The notes under the pieces: generated by a model | Told to the model about the DNA's origin: nothing | The model's input: the letters and a program-made list of their open reading frames with translations, nothing else | Databases searched by the model: none | Assembly (NCBI GenBank): GCA_036676985.1 | Contig: JAKFBU010000039.1 | Span: 32,001-96,000 of the forward strand | Direction of reading: 5' to 3' | DNA length: 64,000 nt | Source: Candidatus Sericytochromatia bacterium | Lineage (GTDB): Bacteria; Cyanobacteriota; Sericytochromatia; S15B-MN24; UBA4093 | Program-made: the position numbers and the translations under genes | Shown here: piece after piece, positions 1 to 10,700 of the stretch | How the letters are laid out: every line of letters starts with the position of its first letter | Numbering within the stretch: position 1 is the first letter of the stretch

Positions 1-773
1 CAGAAGCTCTCGTTCAGCAGGCGCAGGACCTGCTTGTCCACCGGGAAGGCCGTGAGGGAGGCGTGGCTCGCGAGCATCTCCTGCAGGAGCAGGACGTCGT
101 TGAGCTCGCGGTCCGTCAGATAGCCGAGCTGGACCAACAGGGCGCCGATGCGCTCGCCGGTGATCTTCTGGAGCTCCATGGCCTCGGCGAGCTGGGGCTT
201 GGAGATGAGATTGAGGTCGACGAGCCAGTCGCCGAGCCGCTGCTTGCGCAGCACGGTGCCGCTCGTGTCCGCCGCGGCGTTGGCCTGGGGCAGGACGCCC
301 TCGTAGAAGTAGCCGATCGCGGCCTCGATGTCCTGGTGCCGGAAGTTGACGGGGATGATCATGTAGCCGGTCATGAGCGACGCGAGCTCGATGACCTCGT
401 GGTTGTTGCGGTCCGTCACGGCCATCAGGAGGCGCTTGCCGACGAGCAGCAGGGGCATGACCTTGTGCTGGCGCGCGAAGCTGAGGTTGAGGGACGGCAA
501 GAGGTCCCGGTCCACCGGAAAGTCGGTCAAAGACGCGTGGCTCGCGAGCGTTTCCTGCAAGAGGAGCACATCCCCCAGCTCGCGCTCGGTGAGGTAGCCG
601 AGCTGGACCAGCAGGGTGCCCAGACGCTCGCCGGTCTCGGTCTGCTTCTGCATGGCCTCGGCCAGCTGGCGACTGGAGATGAGGTTCAGCTCGACGAGCC
701 AGTCTCCGACGCGCTGCTTGCGCAGGGAGGGCACCTCGGGGGCGCCGGCGGCGGGCACGTTCGGCTGTTCCAT
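1..773 (-). CDS. N-terminal part of a protein with two tandem MshEN / GSPII-E N-terminal modules (PilB/GspE-like N-terminus); runs off the window
   Basis: Not in the ORF track. Manual translation from ATG 773 (RBS AAGGAG): QRVGDWLVELNLISSRQLAEAMQKQTETGERLGTLLVQLGYLTE, then QRLGDWLVDLNLISKPQLAEAMELQKITGERIGALLVQLGYLTD, matching the MshEN RLGxxL motif pairs. Confidence 0.85.
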   Translation of the reverse strand, partial: MEQPNVPAAGAPEVPSLRKQRVGDWLVELNLISSRQLAEAMQKQTETGERLGTLLVQLGYLTERELGDVLLLQETLASHASLTDFPVDRDLLPSLNLSFARQHKVMPLLLVGKRLLMAVTDRNNHEVIELASLMTGYMIIPVNFRHQDIEAAIGYFYEGVLPQANAAADTSGTVLRKQRLGDWLVDLNLISKPQLAEAMELQKITGERIGALLVQLGYLTDRELNDVLLLQEMLASHASLTAFPVDKQVLRLLNESF

Positions 774-888
774 GGACGCTCCTTTCTCGGCTCGACGGTC
801 TCTCCTCTCCTACCCCAACGACGGGCAATCGTCGCAGCGTTCCTTCGCTTGGTGGGTATAGTGACCTCGTCCCATGAGGAGGCCCCGC

Positions 889-2526
889 ATGTCAGACGTC
901 CGCACCGATCCCCCCGTCCGGCCCGCCAAGCTGCCGCCCAAGCCCCCAGCGGGCAACGATCGGCCACCCCAGGACCCGCCCAAGCAGCAGGCTCAGGGCG
1001 ATCGCCTCCGCCTCTCCTCGGAGGCCCGGGCCGCGAGCTCCAAGGCTGTCGAGGCCGAGGTCACGAACCAGGACCTGACGATCGGGGCCCGGATCAACGA
1101 CCGGACCACTTTCACGGGCCGCTACATCTACGACTCCGAGACCATGCTGCAGGGGGCGGGCCTCGTGAAGCTCGACTACCAGCTGGGCGAGTCGACCACG
1201 GCCTTCGTGGGGGCGGGCCACATGCCGGGCTTCTTCCACCACTCCATCGGCCCCAACCTCCGCCAGGACTCGCCGCACTCGGCCGTCTTCTTCGGCGTCG
1301 AGGACCTGCGCGGCACGAGCCGGGAGCTGGGGCACGGGCTGCGGCTGGACCTGGGCTTGAGCTCGGTCGCCGTGGGCACTCTCGCCTACAACCACGAGAT
1401 CAAGGGGCTGGACATGAACTCGTCGGCGGGCCTGAGCAAGGCCACCGTCACGGGCGAGGCCACGCTTTCTCGGCGCTTCGGCGACCTGGAGGCGTCGGTC
1501 GGCTACGGCAACCACCTGGATCTCGGCATGATCGGCAACTACTACATGACGGGCGGATCGGGCCTCTTCCCGCAGACCCACTACCTGCAGGCCGGTCTCG
1601 GCGGCCGGGCGGGTGCGCTGGACTTCCGGGCCGACGCCTACGTGCCCCTCGCGACGGCCACCAACGAGTTCTCGCGCGACCCCAAGCTCCGCGCCGAGGT
1701 CGCGGGCCCCTACATGCCCACCATCGCGGCCGTGGCCTCGCCCCGTGGCCTGGAGCAGATCGAGGCCACCAAGAGCTGGGCCATCAACCGGGAGTGGGAG
1801 GCGACGGCCTCGGCGAGCGTCGTGCGCCCCTTCGATCGGCCGCAGTACGCAGCCCAGGTGGGCATCCGCTACACCTTCGGCGGTAAGGACTCGGGCCGGC
1901 CGCAGCGCGCCACGCGCCCCAGCCCGGATTACCGCGCCGAGGTTCCGCGCCCTCGCGAGCCGAAGGCAGCCCCGGTGGCTCAGCCGAAGCTCAAGGACTA
2001 CTTCAGCCCGGCCGAGATCCGGGCCATGAAGGGCAAGTCGGTCGAGGAGCTCGCGGGCATCCTCAAGACGCCCGAGCAGGTGGTGGCGTACCTCGAGGAG
2101 TTCGTGAGCTACGACTACGACCGGGTCAAGGACCCCAAGGGCGACTACGGCTCCATGACCCCCAACGAGGTGGCGACGCTCTTGAAGGGCGTCTGCCGCG
2201 ATCAGCACCCCTTCATCGTCTCGGTGATGAAGGAGGGCCAGGGCGTCAACGGCAAGACCATCGGCTACGCAGCACCGGACACGGCGCATGCGATCGCCGT
2301 CTACCAGGATCCCGGCACGGGCAAGTGGAACGTCATCGAGTACGGCCGCATCCACTACACGCAGTCGGACTCGGCCGAGGAGGCCTTCGACCGGATCCGG
2401 CCGGACGCCCTGGTCTCGGGCGAGTGGTCCGAGAACGGGCCGAACGGCAAGAACCACCAGAAGTCGATCCGCTACTCCGAGACGGCCCGCGAGTTCTACC
2501 GCTTCGTCCAGCCGAGCAAGAACTAG
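889..2526 (+). CDS. Hypothetical protein: beta-barrel-like N-terminal region plus C-terminal transglutaminase-like domain
   Basis: RBS GAGGAGG before ATG 889; amphipathic strands ending QVGIRYTF; C-terminal GVCRDQH...HAIAVY...NVIEYG resembles a papain/transglutaminase C-H-D/E set. Confidence 0.6.
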   Translation: MSDVRTDPPVRPAKLPPKPPAGNDRPPQDPPKQQAQGDRLRLSSEARAASSKAVEAEVTNQDLTIGARINDRTTFTGRYIYDSETMLQGAGLVKLDYQLGESTTAFVGAGHMPGFFHHSIGPNLRQDSPHSAVFFGVEDLRGTSRELGHGLRLDLGLSSVAVGTLAYNHEIKGLDMNSSAGLSKATVTGEATLSRRFGDLEASVGYGNHLDLGMIGNYYMTGGSGLFPQTHYLQAGLGGRAGALDFRADAYVPLATATNEFSRDPKLRAEVAGPYMPTIAAVASPRGLEQIEATKSWAINREWEATASASVVRPFDRPQYAAQVGIRYTFGGKDSGRPQRATRPSPDYRAEVPRPREPKAAPVAQPKLKDYFSPAEIRAMKGKSVEELAGILKTPEQVVAYLEEFVSYDYDRVKDPKGDYGSMTPNEVATLLKGVCRDQHPFIVSVMKEGQGVNGKTIGYAAPDTAHAIAVYQDPGTGKWNVIEYGRIHYTQSDSAEEAFDRIRPDALVSGEWSENGPNGKNHQKSIRYSETAREFYRFVQPSKN

Positions 2527-3587
2527 CCCCGGACCCGTCCGTATTGCTTGGGCCAGGGCAGGTCGGCCCGCAGCTGCTGGGCGGCGTGCAGGGGCCAGTA
2601 GGGGTCGTTGAGCATGGCCCGCGCCAACAAGACCGCATCCGCCTCCCCGAGCGCCACGATCTGCTCGGCCTGCTCGGGCGTGAGGATCTTGCCGACGGCG
2701 CCCGTCGGGATCCGGGCCTCCTTGCGGACCGCCCGGGAGAAGGGCACCTGGTAGCCGGGTCCCACCGGGATCTTGGCGTCCGGGACGGCCCCGCCCGACG
2801 AGCAGTCGATGAGGTCCACCCCCACGGCCTTGAGGTACTCCGCCAGCGCGATCGACTGCACCAGGTCCCAGCCGCCCTCGGCCCAGTCGGTGGCCGAGAT
2901 CCGCACGAAGACGGGCCGGTCGGTCGGCCACACCTCGCGCACGGCCTCCGCGACCAGTAGCGGCAGCCGCATGCGGTTCTCAAGCGACCCTCCGAAGTCG
3001 TCCTCCCGCTGGTTGGTCAGGGGCGACAGGAACTCGTGCAGCAGGTAGCCGTGGGCCATGTGAATCTCGGCCACCTCGAAGCCCGCCGCAAGGCTGCGCC
3101 GGGCGGCCTCCCGGAAATCGGCGACGACCTGGTCGAGGTCCGCCCGCGTCAGCTCCCGGGGCACGGGGTCGCCCGGTTCGAAGGCAAGCGGCGAGGGAGC
3201 CACCGGCTGCCAGCCCCCGGCCTCGGGGGGCACCGGGCCGCCGCCCCGCCATGGGGCGTCCGTCGAGGCCTTGCGGCCTGCATGGGCGAGCTGGATGCCG
3301 GGGACGGCACCCTGGGCCTTCATGAAGGCCGTGATGGGCTGGAAGGCGGCGACGTGACCGTCGCTCCATATGCCCGTGTCTTGAGGGCTGATGCGGCCCT
3401 CCGGGTTCACGGCCGTCGCCTCCACGATGACCAGCGCCGCTCCGCCCACCGCGCGGCTGCCCAGGTGCACCATGTGCCAGTCGTTGGGCAGGCCGTCGTC
3501 GGCCGAGTACTGGCACATGGGAGAGACGAACACGCGGTTCTTGAAGGTGAGGCCCCTCAGCGTGAAGGGGGAGAACAGCTGGCTCAT
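2523..3587 (-). CDS. NADH:flavin oxidoreductase, old yellow enzyme (YqjM/NamA-like)
   Basis: SPMCQYSA, QLAHAGRKAS, EIHMAHGYLLHEFLSPLTNQREDDFGGSLENR, WPKQY motifs. Confidence 0.93.
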   Translation of the reverse strand: MSQLFSPFTLRGLTFKNRVFVSPMCQYSADDGLPNDWHMVHLGSRAVGGAALVIVEATAVNPEGRISPQDTGIWSDGHVAAFQPITAFMKAQGAVPGIQLAHAGRKASTDAPWRGGGPVPPEAGGWQPVAPSPLAFEPGDPVPRELTRADLDQVVADFREAARRSLAAGFEVAEIHMAHGYLLHEFLSPLTNQREDDFGGSLENRMRLPLLVAEAVREVWPTDRPVFVRISATDWAEGGWDLVQSIALAEYLKAVGVDLIDCSSGGAVPDAKIPVGPGYQVPFSRAVRKEARIPTGAVGKILTPEQAEQIVALGEADAVLLARAMLNDPYWPLHAAQQLRADLPWPKQYGRVRG

Positions 3588-3885
3588 GGTGGCACCTCGT
3601 CGGAGGGGGACATTCTCGGGCTACGAGCATACCGCGTTCGACCCGGCCGTGCAGCATGGGACAGGGAGGGCTGGTAGGCCGGCGTCGGTCGGGGTACAAG
3701 CAAGCAAAGACTTCTCCGGTGCGGCCTAGCCGCCGATGCCCAAACGAGGCACGCTTTGAGGGCGACATGGGCCTGAAACCGGGCCCATTGCCGCATGCTA
3801 GTAGGGCGGGCCTTGCTGCTCGAACCCGAATGGTGTATGTCTCTCGGAGGAGATGATGTGGTCTCCTCGAGATGATGGGGTCTCT

Positions 3886-5118
3886 ATGAACGACTTACCG
3901 GGCCACCTGCAGGCCTTTGCCGTCCCGCAACACTACGATCGCTACACGCCGATCGACCAGGCCGTGTGGCGCTACGTCATGCGCCAGAACCACCACTTCC
4001 TCGGCCAGCACGCGCATGAGGCCTACGTCGAGGGTCTCCGCTCGTCGGGCATCGGCGTGGAGTCCATCCCGCGCACCGAGGTGATGCACGAGGCGCTCGG
4101 CCGCTTCGGCTGGGGGGCGGTGAACGTGGACGGCTTCATCCCGCCCGCGGCGTTCATGGAGTTCCAGGCGCGAGGCATCCTGCCCATCGCGGCCGACATG
4201 CGCTCGCTCGACCACATCTCCTACACGCCCGCTCCCGACATCATCCACGAGTCGGCGGGGCATGCGCCCATCCTCTTCGATGAACGGTTCTCGACCTTCG
4301 TGAAGCGGCTGGCGAGCATCGGCGCCAAGGCCATGGGCACCGAGGCGGATCAGGAGCTGTACGAGGCGATCCGCCGGCTGTCCATCGTCAAGGAGGACCC
4401 GGACGCGACGCCCGAGGAGGTCGCGGAGGCCGAGGCGAACTTCCGGCGCAAGCAGGCGGCCATCACGGAGACGTCGGCGGCGGCCCTCATGTCGCGCTTC
4501 TACTGGTGGACGGTGGAGTACGGGCTCATCGGGTCCCTGGAGGCTCCCAAGATCTACGGGGCGGGCCTGCTGTCGTCGGTGGGCGAGAGCAAGCGCGCGC
4601 TGACCGACCAGGTGAAGAAAGTCCCCTTCAGCCTGGAGGCGGTCCTGAGCACGTCGTACGACATCACGACCTACCAGCCGCAGCTCTTCGTCTGCGAGTC
4701 GTTCGATCAGTTGGTCGACGCGGCAGAGGAGCTGGACGGGTACCTGGCGCAGCGCAAGGACGTGCTAGCGGCGTCGCCGTCGGCGGCTCCGGTGGTGACG
4801 CCGCGCCCGGCGGGCCCGGCGAAGGATCCGGTGCCTTCGGTGAGTCAGGCGAACCAGAAGGAGCTGCAGGAGCTGTACGGGCGCGTGCGCGCGATGCGCG
4901 AGGGCTCGGACGAGGTCTCGGACGGACTTCGCGAGGTCTGGCGGGAGCTGGACGCGCGGTACCCGGCAGACTGGCTGCTGCGGCTGGAGCTCCTGGAGCT
5001 TGCGACCGAGCGTCGGGTGCTGGAGAGCGAGCGCACCCGGCTGCGGGAGCAGCTCTTGGCGCTGAAGACGGACGCGGAGCGGACGGAGCTGATTGAGGAT
5101 GGGTTGGCGCTCCTGTAG
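3886..5118 (+). CDS. phhA: Aromatic amino acid hydroxylase (phenylalanine 4-monooxygenase)
   Basis: YTPAPDIIHESAGH, WWTVEYGL, IYGAGLLSSVGES, YDITTYQPQLFV. Start could be 3853. Confidence 0.88.
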   Translation: MNDLPGHLQAFAVPQHYDRYTPIDQAVWRYVMRQNHHFLGQHAHEAYVEGLRSSGIGVESIPRTEVMHEALGRFGWGAVNVDGFIPPAAFMEFQARGILPIAADMRSLDHISYTPAPDIIHESAGHAPILFDERFSTFVKRLASIGAKAMGTEADQELYEAIRRLSIVKEDPDATPEEVAEAEANFRRKQAAITETSAAALMSRFYWWTVEYGLIGSLEAPKIYGAGLLSSVGESKRALTDQVKKVPFSLEAVLSTSYDITTYQPQLFVCESFDQLVDAAEELDGYLAQRKDVLAASPSAAPVVTPRPAGPAKDPVPSVSQANQKELQELYGRVRAMREGSDEVSDGLREVWRELDARYPADWLLRLELLELATERRVLESERTRLREQLLALKTDAERTELIEDGLALL

Positions 5119-5134
5119 CGCCGACCAGGTTACC

Positions 5135-5287
5135 ACCCCCCCTTCCCCCCCTGCCTTCGGCAAGGGGGGCTCTTTTCTAGGGACGGCCACCTGGCGGTGG
5201 CAGATTCGTCAGGGGTATCTCCCCTCAAATCCCTGCGCAGCAGGACTCTTTGTGCCCCCCTTGCGAAGCAGGGGGGGAAGGGGGGGT
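5135..5287. repeat. Palindromic intergenic element (REP/MITE-like) with C-rich/G-rich inverted arms
   Basis: Left arm acccccccttccccccctgccttcggcaagggggg is nearly the reverse complement of right arm ccccccttgcgaagcagggggggaagggggggt; lies between convergent genes. Confidence 0.75.
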
Positions 5288-5300
5288 CAAGAGCAGGGAC

Positions 5301-7091
5301 TTACCCCCGAAACTCCCCCAACTCGAACCAGAACGTGCTCCCCTGACCGACCTCGCTCTCGAAGCCGATCCGGCCGTTCATGCGCTCGAGGATCATCTGG
5401 CAGATGCTCAGCCCCAGCCCCGTGCCGCCCTTCTGGCGCACGTTCGAGGCGTCCGCCTGCGTGAACTTCTGGAACACCTTGTCCCGGAACTCCTCCGGGA
5501 TGCCCGGGCCGCGATCGCGCACCTCCACCCGGACCTGCCCCTCCGCCCGCCGGATCGAGACCTCCACCGTCTCGCCCATCGGCGAGTACTTGATCGCATT
5601 GGACAGCAAGTTGCCGATCACCTGCGTCAGCCGCCCCGCGTCCGCCCAGACCACGGCCCCGGCATCCGACTCGGCGAACGCGAGCCGCACACCCTCCCGC
5701 TCGGCCAAAATGCTGTTGGTGGCGAGCGCCTCCTCCACCAGGGGGCGCAGATCCATGGCCTCGAACCGGAACTCCATCATCTCCGACTCGATCTTCTGCA
5801 CGTCCAACAGGTCGTTGATGAGCCGGATCAGCTGCTCGCCGTTCTTGTAGGCGATGTCCACCATCTCCTTGGAGGCCGCCGGCAGGGGCCCCAGGTGCTC
5901 CGCCTTCAGGACCGCCAGGGAGGCGTGGATGCAGGTCAAGGGCGTCCGCAGCTCGTGGCTCACGGTCGAGACGAACTCGTTCTTGAGCCGCTCGACCTTC
6001 TTGCGCTCGGAGACGTCTCGCACCAGCGCCAGCACGAAGCGCTCCTGACCCGTTTCGAAGAGGCTCAGGCGCGCCTCCACCGGAAAGGTCGACCCGTCGC
6101 GGCGCCGGCTCAAGAGCTCCAGCGTCAGGGACTGGCCCGACGCGAGCTGTTGCCACGCACGATCGACCATGTTCTCGTCCAGGTCCGGATACAGATCGCG
6201 CACCGAGGCGCTCACGAGCTCCAGGTAGGTGTAGCCCAGGCTGTCGCAGGCCTGCTGGTTGACCTCACAGATGCGTCCCTCCTGGTCCAGGAGCAGGAAG
6301 GCGTCCGCCGCCTGGTCGATGAGCTTCTGGAAGCGCGCCTCGCTTTGCCAGAGCGCAGCCTGGGCCTTGCGACGGTCGGCCATCTCCGCCCGCAGCTCCT
6401 CGGCGGCCACCTCGGCGTTCACGTTCGCGTCGTGCAGGCTCTGCTGCAGGCGCTCGTTCTCGAAACGCAGTCGCAGGGTCTCGCTGGTCATCACGGAGTG
6501 GCGGCGCGACACGAACAACATCATCACGAGAAAGATACCGATCAAGAGGCCGGCGGAGCGCTGCAGGTCGCCCCCATGCCAGACGAGGCTCACCATGAAG
6601 GGCACGAGCGTCGGGATGGCGTAGACGACGTACACCTCCCAGACAGCAGCGATCATCGGGACCGCCCCCGCGGCCATGCCCGCGAGCAGGATGGCCACGA
6701 AGGCCTGGTGCATGAGGCTGCCGGCCGGCACGAGCAAGGCGCTCCCCAGGCCCCAGAGAGCGCCCGAGGCCATGCCGAGGGCCAGCACGCTCCAGAGCCA
6801 GCGCCGTCTGGCCCGCTCCGCCCGCGGCTGCCGCATGAACATGGGCACCAGGGCGACGCGCGCCGCGCTGAGCAGCAGCACGAGGGAATACCATACCGCC
6901 AGATGCCCATGCGGCACCACGTTCCAGAGGACCGCGCACAGGATGGCCGCATTGACGAGAAAGGTCGCCGTCCCCGCAAGGGCTTGCGAGCAGAGCATCT
7001 CGAGCTGCTCGATCCGCACGTCCACCGAGACGGAGGGCGTCTCTGCGCTCGAGGAGGTCAGCATCCGGGACGAGGGCTGCGTGATCGTCAT
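5301..7091 (-). CDS. Membrane PAS-domain sensor histidine kinase
   Basis: Multiple N-terminal TM helices, PAS (RRDGSTFPVE), H-box VSHELRTPL, N-box NLLSNAIKYS, G boxes DRGPGI and GTGLGL. Confidence 0.93.
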   Translation of the reverse strand: MTITQPSSRMLTSSSAETPSVSVDVRIEQLEMLCSQALAGTATFLVNAAILCAVLWNVVPHGHLAVWYSLVLLLSAARVALVPMFMRQPRAERARRRWLWSVLALGMASGALWGLGSALLVPAGSLMHQAFVAILLAGMAAGAVPMIAAVWEVYVVYAIPTLVPFMVSLVWHGGDLQRSAGLLIGIFLVMMLFVSRRHSVMTSETLRLRFENERLQQSLHDANVNAEVAAEELRAEMADRRKAQAALWQSEARFQKLIDQAADAFLLLDQEGRICEVNQQACDSLGYTYLELVSASVRDLYPDLDENMVDRAWQQLASGQSLTLELLSRRRDGSTFPVEARLSLFETGQERFVLALVRDVSERKKVERLKNEFVSTVSHELRTPLTCIHASLAVLKAEHLGPLPAASKEMVDIAYKNGEQLIRLINDLLDVQKIESEMMEFRFEAMDLRPLVEEALATNSILAEREGVRLAFAESDAGAVVWADAGRLTQVIGNLLSNAIKYSPMGETVEVSIRRAEGQVRVEVRDRGPGIPEEFRDKVFQKFTQADASNVRQKGGTGLGLSICQMILERMNGRIGFESEVGQGSTFWFELGEFRG

Positions 7092-7780
7092 GGCCGTCCC
7101 CTCCGCGCGGAGCGCGCGTAGGTGTCCTCGGAGAGCGTTTCTCGGCGCACGGACTCACCCGGCGAGGACGTCTCCCGCACCGTCCGGTAGACCTCCTGCC
7201 CGTCCAGCGAGGCCGCCACGGGATAGGTCTGCAGGCGTACGCTGCGCGAGCCCGGGTCGTCACCTAAGAAGCGTATCGTCAGGGCCTCGTCCGACACCGC
7301 GGCGCTCAGCCGGACCGGTGCTGCCGTGTCGTTCAGGAGCTTGAGGTCCGCCTTGCCAAACCAGACGGTGGCATCCCGCCCGGGCGGCACCGAGCGGACC
7401 CGGCGGTTGTGGGAAACGCGCTCGACGATCTTGAGCCCCGAAAGCGCTGCCGCGTTGTAGACCGTGGACGAGACCTGGCAGATGCCCCCGCCCACGCTCA
7501 CCGTCACGTCCCGCTCCAGGTAGGAGGGCGCGCTGCGGTAGCCGCGCTCGGGCGTCCGCGGGCCGACGTGGCGGTTGAAGGACCACTCCTCGCCGGGCTC
7601 CAGGACGGCCCCCTCCAGCGCAGCCGCGGCCCGCCGGATGTTGTCCCGTTGCTCGGGACTGCGCTCTGTGAGGCTGGTTCGGAACATGCCCAACTCCGCC
7701 TGAAAGGGTCGCCGGGCCCAGGCCCCGACCCCGAGGATCAGGACCAGGACGGGGACGGCTGCCCACCAGGCTTGCTTCAT
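7088..7780 (-). CDS. VanW-family protein
   Basis: FSFN-like WSFNRHVGPRT, GGGICQVSSTVYNAA, GRDATV..DLK; N-terminal hydrophobic anchor; ATG overlaps the upstream stop. Confidence 0.88.
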   Translation of the reverse strand: MKQAWWAAVPVLVLILGVGAWARRPFQAELGMFRTSLTERSPEQRDNIRRAAAALEGAVLEPGEEWSFNRHVGPRTPERGYRSAPSYLERDVTVSVGGGICQVSSTVYNAAALSGLKIVERVSHNRRVRSVPPGRDATVWFGKADLKLLNDTAAPVRLSAAVSDEALTIRFLGDDPGSRSVRLQTYPVAASLDGQEVYRTVRETSSPGESVRRETLSEDTYARSARRGRP

Positions 7781-10700
7781 TCGCGGATCTCCAGTCGGGT
7801 CTCGGCCCCGCGCGCCCGGACCTCTGGAGCATACATGCCCTCGATGACCGGCGGCAGCACGTGGAAGCGCCCGGGAATTTGGGGCCGCATCACGTAGTAG
7901 AAGCTCGTCGAGCCCGTGGCGAGCTGGTTCTGGAAGAACACCATTCGCTCGTCCCGCACCATCTGCGAGCTCCACCAGCCTCCGCTCTTCTCGTCCAGGA
8001 TCTCGGCGCCCGCGGGCAGCGGATCCTCGAGGAGCATGTAGCGCAGGGCGTCCCTGGCCTCGACGGTGAGGCGCACGAGCACCCGATCCTGGGACTTCAC
8101 GCTCCCCTGGATCCGCGCGAGCTTGGCGAGCGTCTTCTCATCGAAGCGCCGGCCGCCAGCCGAGCCCTCCTTCTCGGACTCGGCGAAGGCCTTCGGGTCG
8201 AGGAGGTAGTACTCCCGCTTCAAGGAGAGCTGCTCGCTCGCCTTGGCCGGGATATCCTCCTGGCCAAAGACGTAGGATAGCAGGCCCGAGAAGGGCAGGT
8301 CACCGGGCCCCTGGGAGCGCACCGTGACCGTATGGCCGCCCGCCGGGAGGCGATCGCCCCCGATGGCCGCCGTGCCGCCCGTCCAGCGGGCGTTCCCCTC
8401 GAAGGAGACGCTCTGGGCGGACTGCCCGTCCACCTGGACCTCGGCCGAGGCGGGGATGCCCGTCTCTGCAAAGCGACCCGTGGCCTCGGCGAGCGCCATG
8501 ACGATGGCGCCCGTGTCCTTGGTCGTGATCCAGCGATCGCCCTGGCGCACGGCCAAGAGCCACCGGACCGCACCCTGGACCTCGGGGGCGTTCGGCTCGA
8601 GGCGCAGGCCGGCGCGCAGGGCGTAGGCCGTGGCCTCCGTGTCCAGGTCGTACCAGGAGTACTCTTCGGCCCGGCTCTCCCACCACACCTGGGTGCCGGA
8701 GCGGCTCGCCCGGCGCTTCAGCTCGGTCCAGAGCTCCCGGCCCCGCGCATCGTCCGACAGGGCGAGCGTCGCGAGGCTCAGGCCATAGTTGGAGAGGTGA
8801 CGACGGTTGGCGTACAGCTTGTCCTTAAGGGCCAGGGACGCTCCCTTCCACTCCTCGAGCGCCCAGACGACCGACGCGAGGCGATCGGGGCCCGCCCCGC
8901 GCACGACCTCGGTGCGCCTGACCTCGTCCAGGCCGAGGACCTTGCCCTGGGTCGCCAGGAAGGCGGCCGCCCGATCGCCCACCCGCGCGTCGACGTCGAA
9001 GCCCGCGCGGCGGGTCTCGGCGAGGCCGTAGAGGGCGTAAGCCGTCAGCTCGATCTCGCTCTCGTCCTGGCTGAACCAGCCCCAGCCGCCGTCGGCGTTC
9101 TGCATGCGGGTGATCCGCTGCAGGCCGTCCTTGACGAGCTCGGGCATGGAGGCGACGAAGGCCGGGGCCTCGATGCCGAGCTCGTTGACCGTCCGGTAGG
9201 CCCGGATCTCGGGCACGAAGCGGCTCGTGGTCTGCTCGATGCAGCCGTAGGGGTAGCGGCGCAGGTAGTCGAGGGCCGTGAGCATGGCCGCCGCCGGCGT
9301 GGGCGCGAAGGAGAGGTCCATGCGCACCGTCTCGGCGATCGCCTCGCGCGGCACCGTCACCCGGGACTCCGCGGGCCCCGCCTCGGTGGCCGAGCCCGTG
9401 AAGGCCACCCGCTCGGGCGAGCCATGGGCGAGCACCGGGAAGGACAGCTCCAGGGCGTCGCTCGCCCCGGTCCCCAGGGCCTTGGCGAGCACGCTCGCGG
9501 TGGCCGCGAGCTGCGGCTCGACCCAGTAGTCGAGGCGGCGCGAGCCGTTCTGCGGGATGGTGAGCGTCTTCTCGCCGCCGTCCTCCACCTTCAGGTTGGT
9601 GGCGGTCAGCTGCAGTCGTACGCTCTGCTCGCGGTCGGTGTAGTTGTGGACGATGGCCGCCAGGGCGAAGCGATCGCCCACCACCGCGAAGCGCGGCGTC
9701 GCGAGCCTCACGAGCAGGTCCTTGGTCGCGAGGAACTGCGCCCGCACGTCGCCCACCTTGGTATCGGCCGTGTGGCCGCGGGCCGTCACGATCCAGGTCG
9801 TGAGGTTGTCCGGCAGGTCGAAGGACACCTCGGCCACGCCGCCGGGCCCCGTGCGGATGCTCGGGAACCAGGCCGCCGTATCCTTGAAGTTCTTGCGGAT
9901 CCGGGGCTCCTCGGTGTCCTTGCCGGGACCGCCCGAGTAGTCCTCCGCGAAGGAGTAGTTCGTGCTGACCTGGTTCCAGCGCGGGCCGTGGAAGGTCTGA
10001 CGGATGTCGGGCGTGATGTCCGGCGACAGGGCGTAGATCGCCTCGTCCACCACCCCGAGGGTCACCTCGGCAGCCACCGGCTTGCCCAACGCGTCCGTGG
10101 TCCGCACCGTGAGGCTCGCGCGCTCGCCCGGCAGGTAGCGGGCCTTGCCGGGCGTGACTTTCACGTCCAGGAAGCCCTCCTCGGGATCGAGGTTGAGCGA
10201 CTTCTCGGCGTAGTGGAAGGCCTTGCCGTCCACCACCGTCGCCGCCACGAAGGCATTGGGCCGGTACTCGCGGCGCACAGGCACGGTCGTGAGGTAGCTC
10301 GTCTGGCCCGTGCCGAGCACCCGGGCCTCGAAGAGCCGCTGGCCCTCGACGGTCAGCAGCGGGGCGACGTCCTTGTTGGGGACCTGAACGAGGACCTTCG
10401 CCTCCTCGCCGATGCGGTAGTACTTCTTGTCGAAGGTCAGGCGCACGAGGCCCTGGCGGTAGGTGTCGCCGGCCCACTCCTCGTCGGCGACCCAGAGCCA
10501 CGAGAGGGACTCGACGCGGTTGCCGTGGCCGTCGATGGAAGCGGCCATGAGCCGGAACTCCCCGCCCTTTTCGGGGATGGCGAAGGGCACCGCGGCCACT
10601 CCCTTGGCGTCGGTTCGCGCCTTGGCGGTCGAGACCGTCGTCACCTTCTGCTCGTAGGTCTTGCCCTCGTCCGAGGAGACGTAGTCCACCTTTTGCAAGG

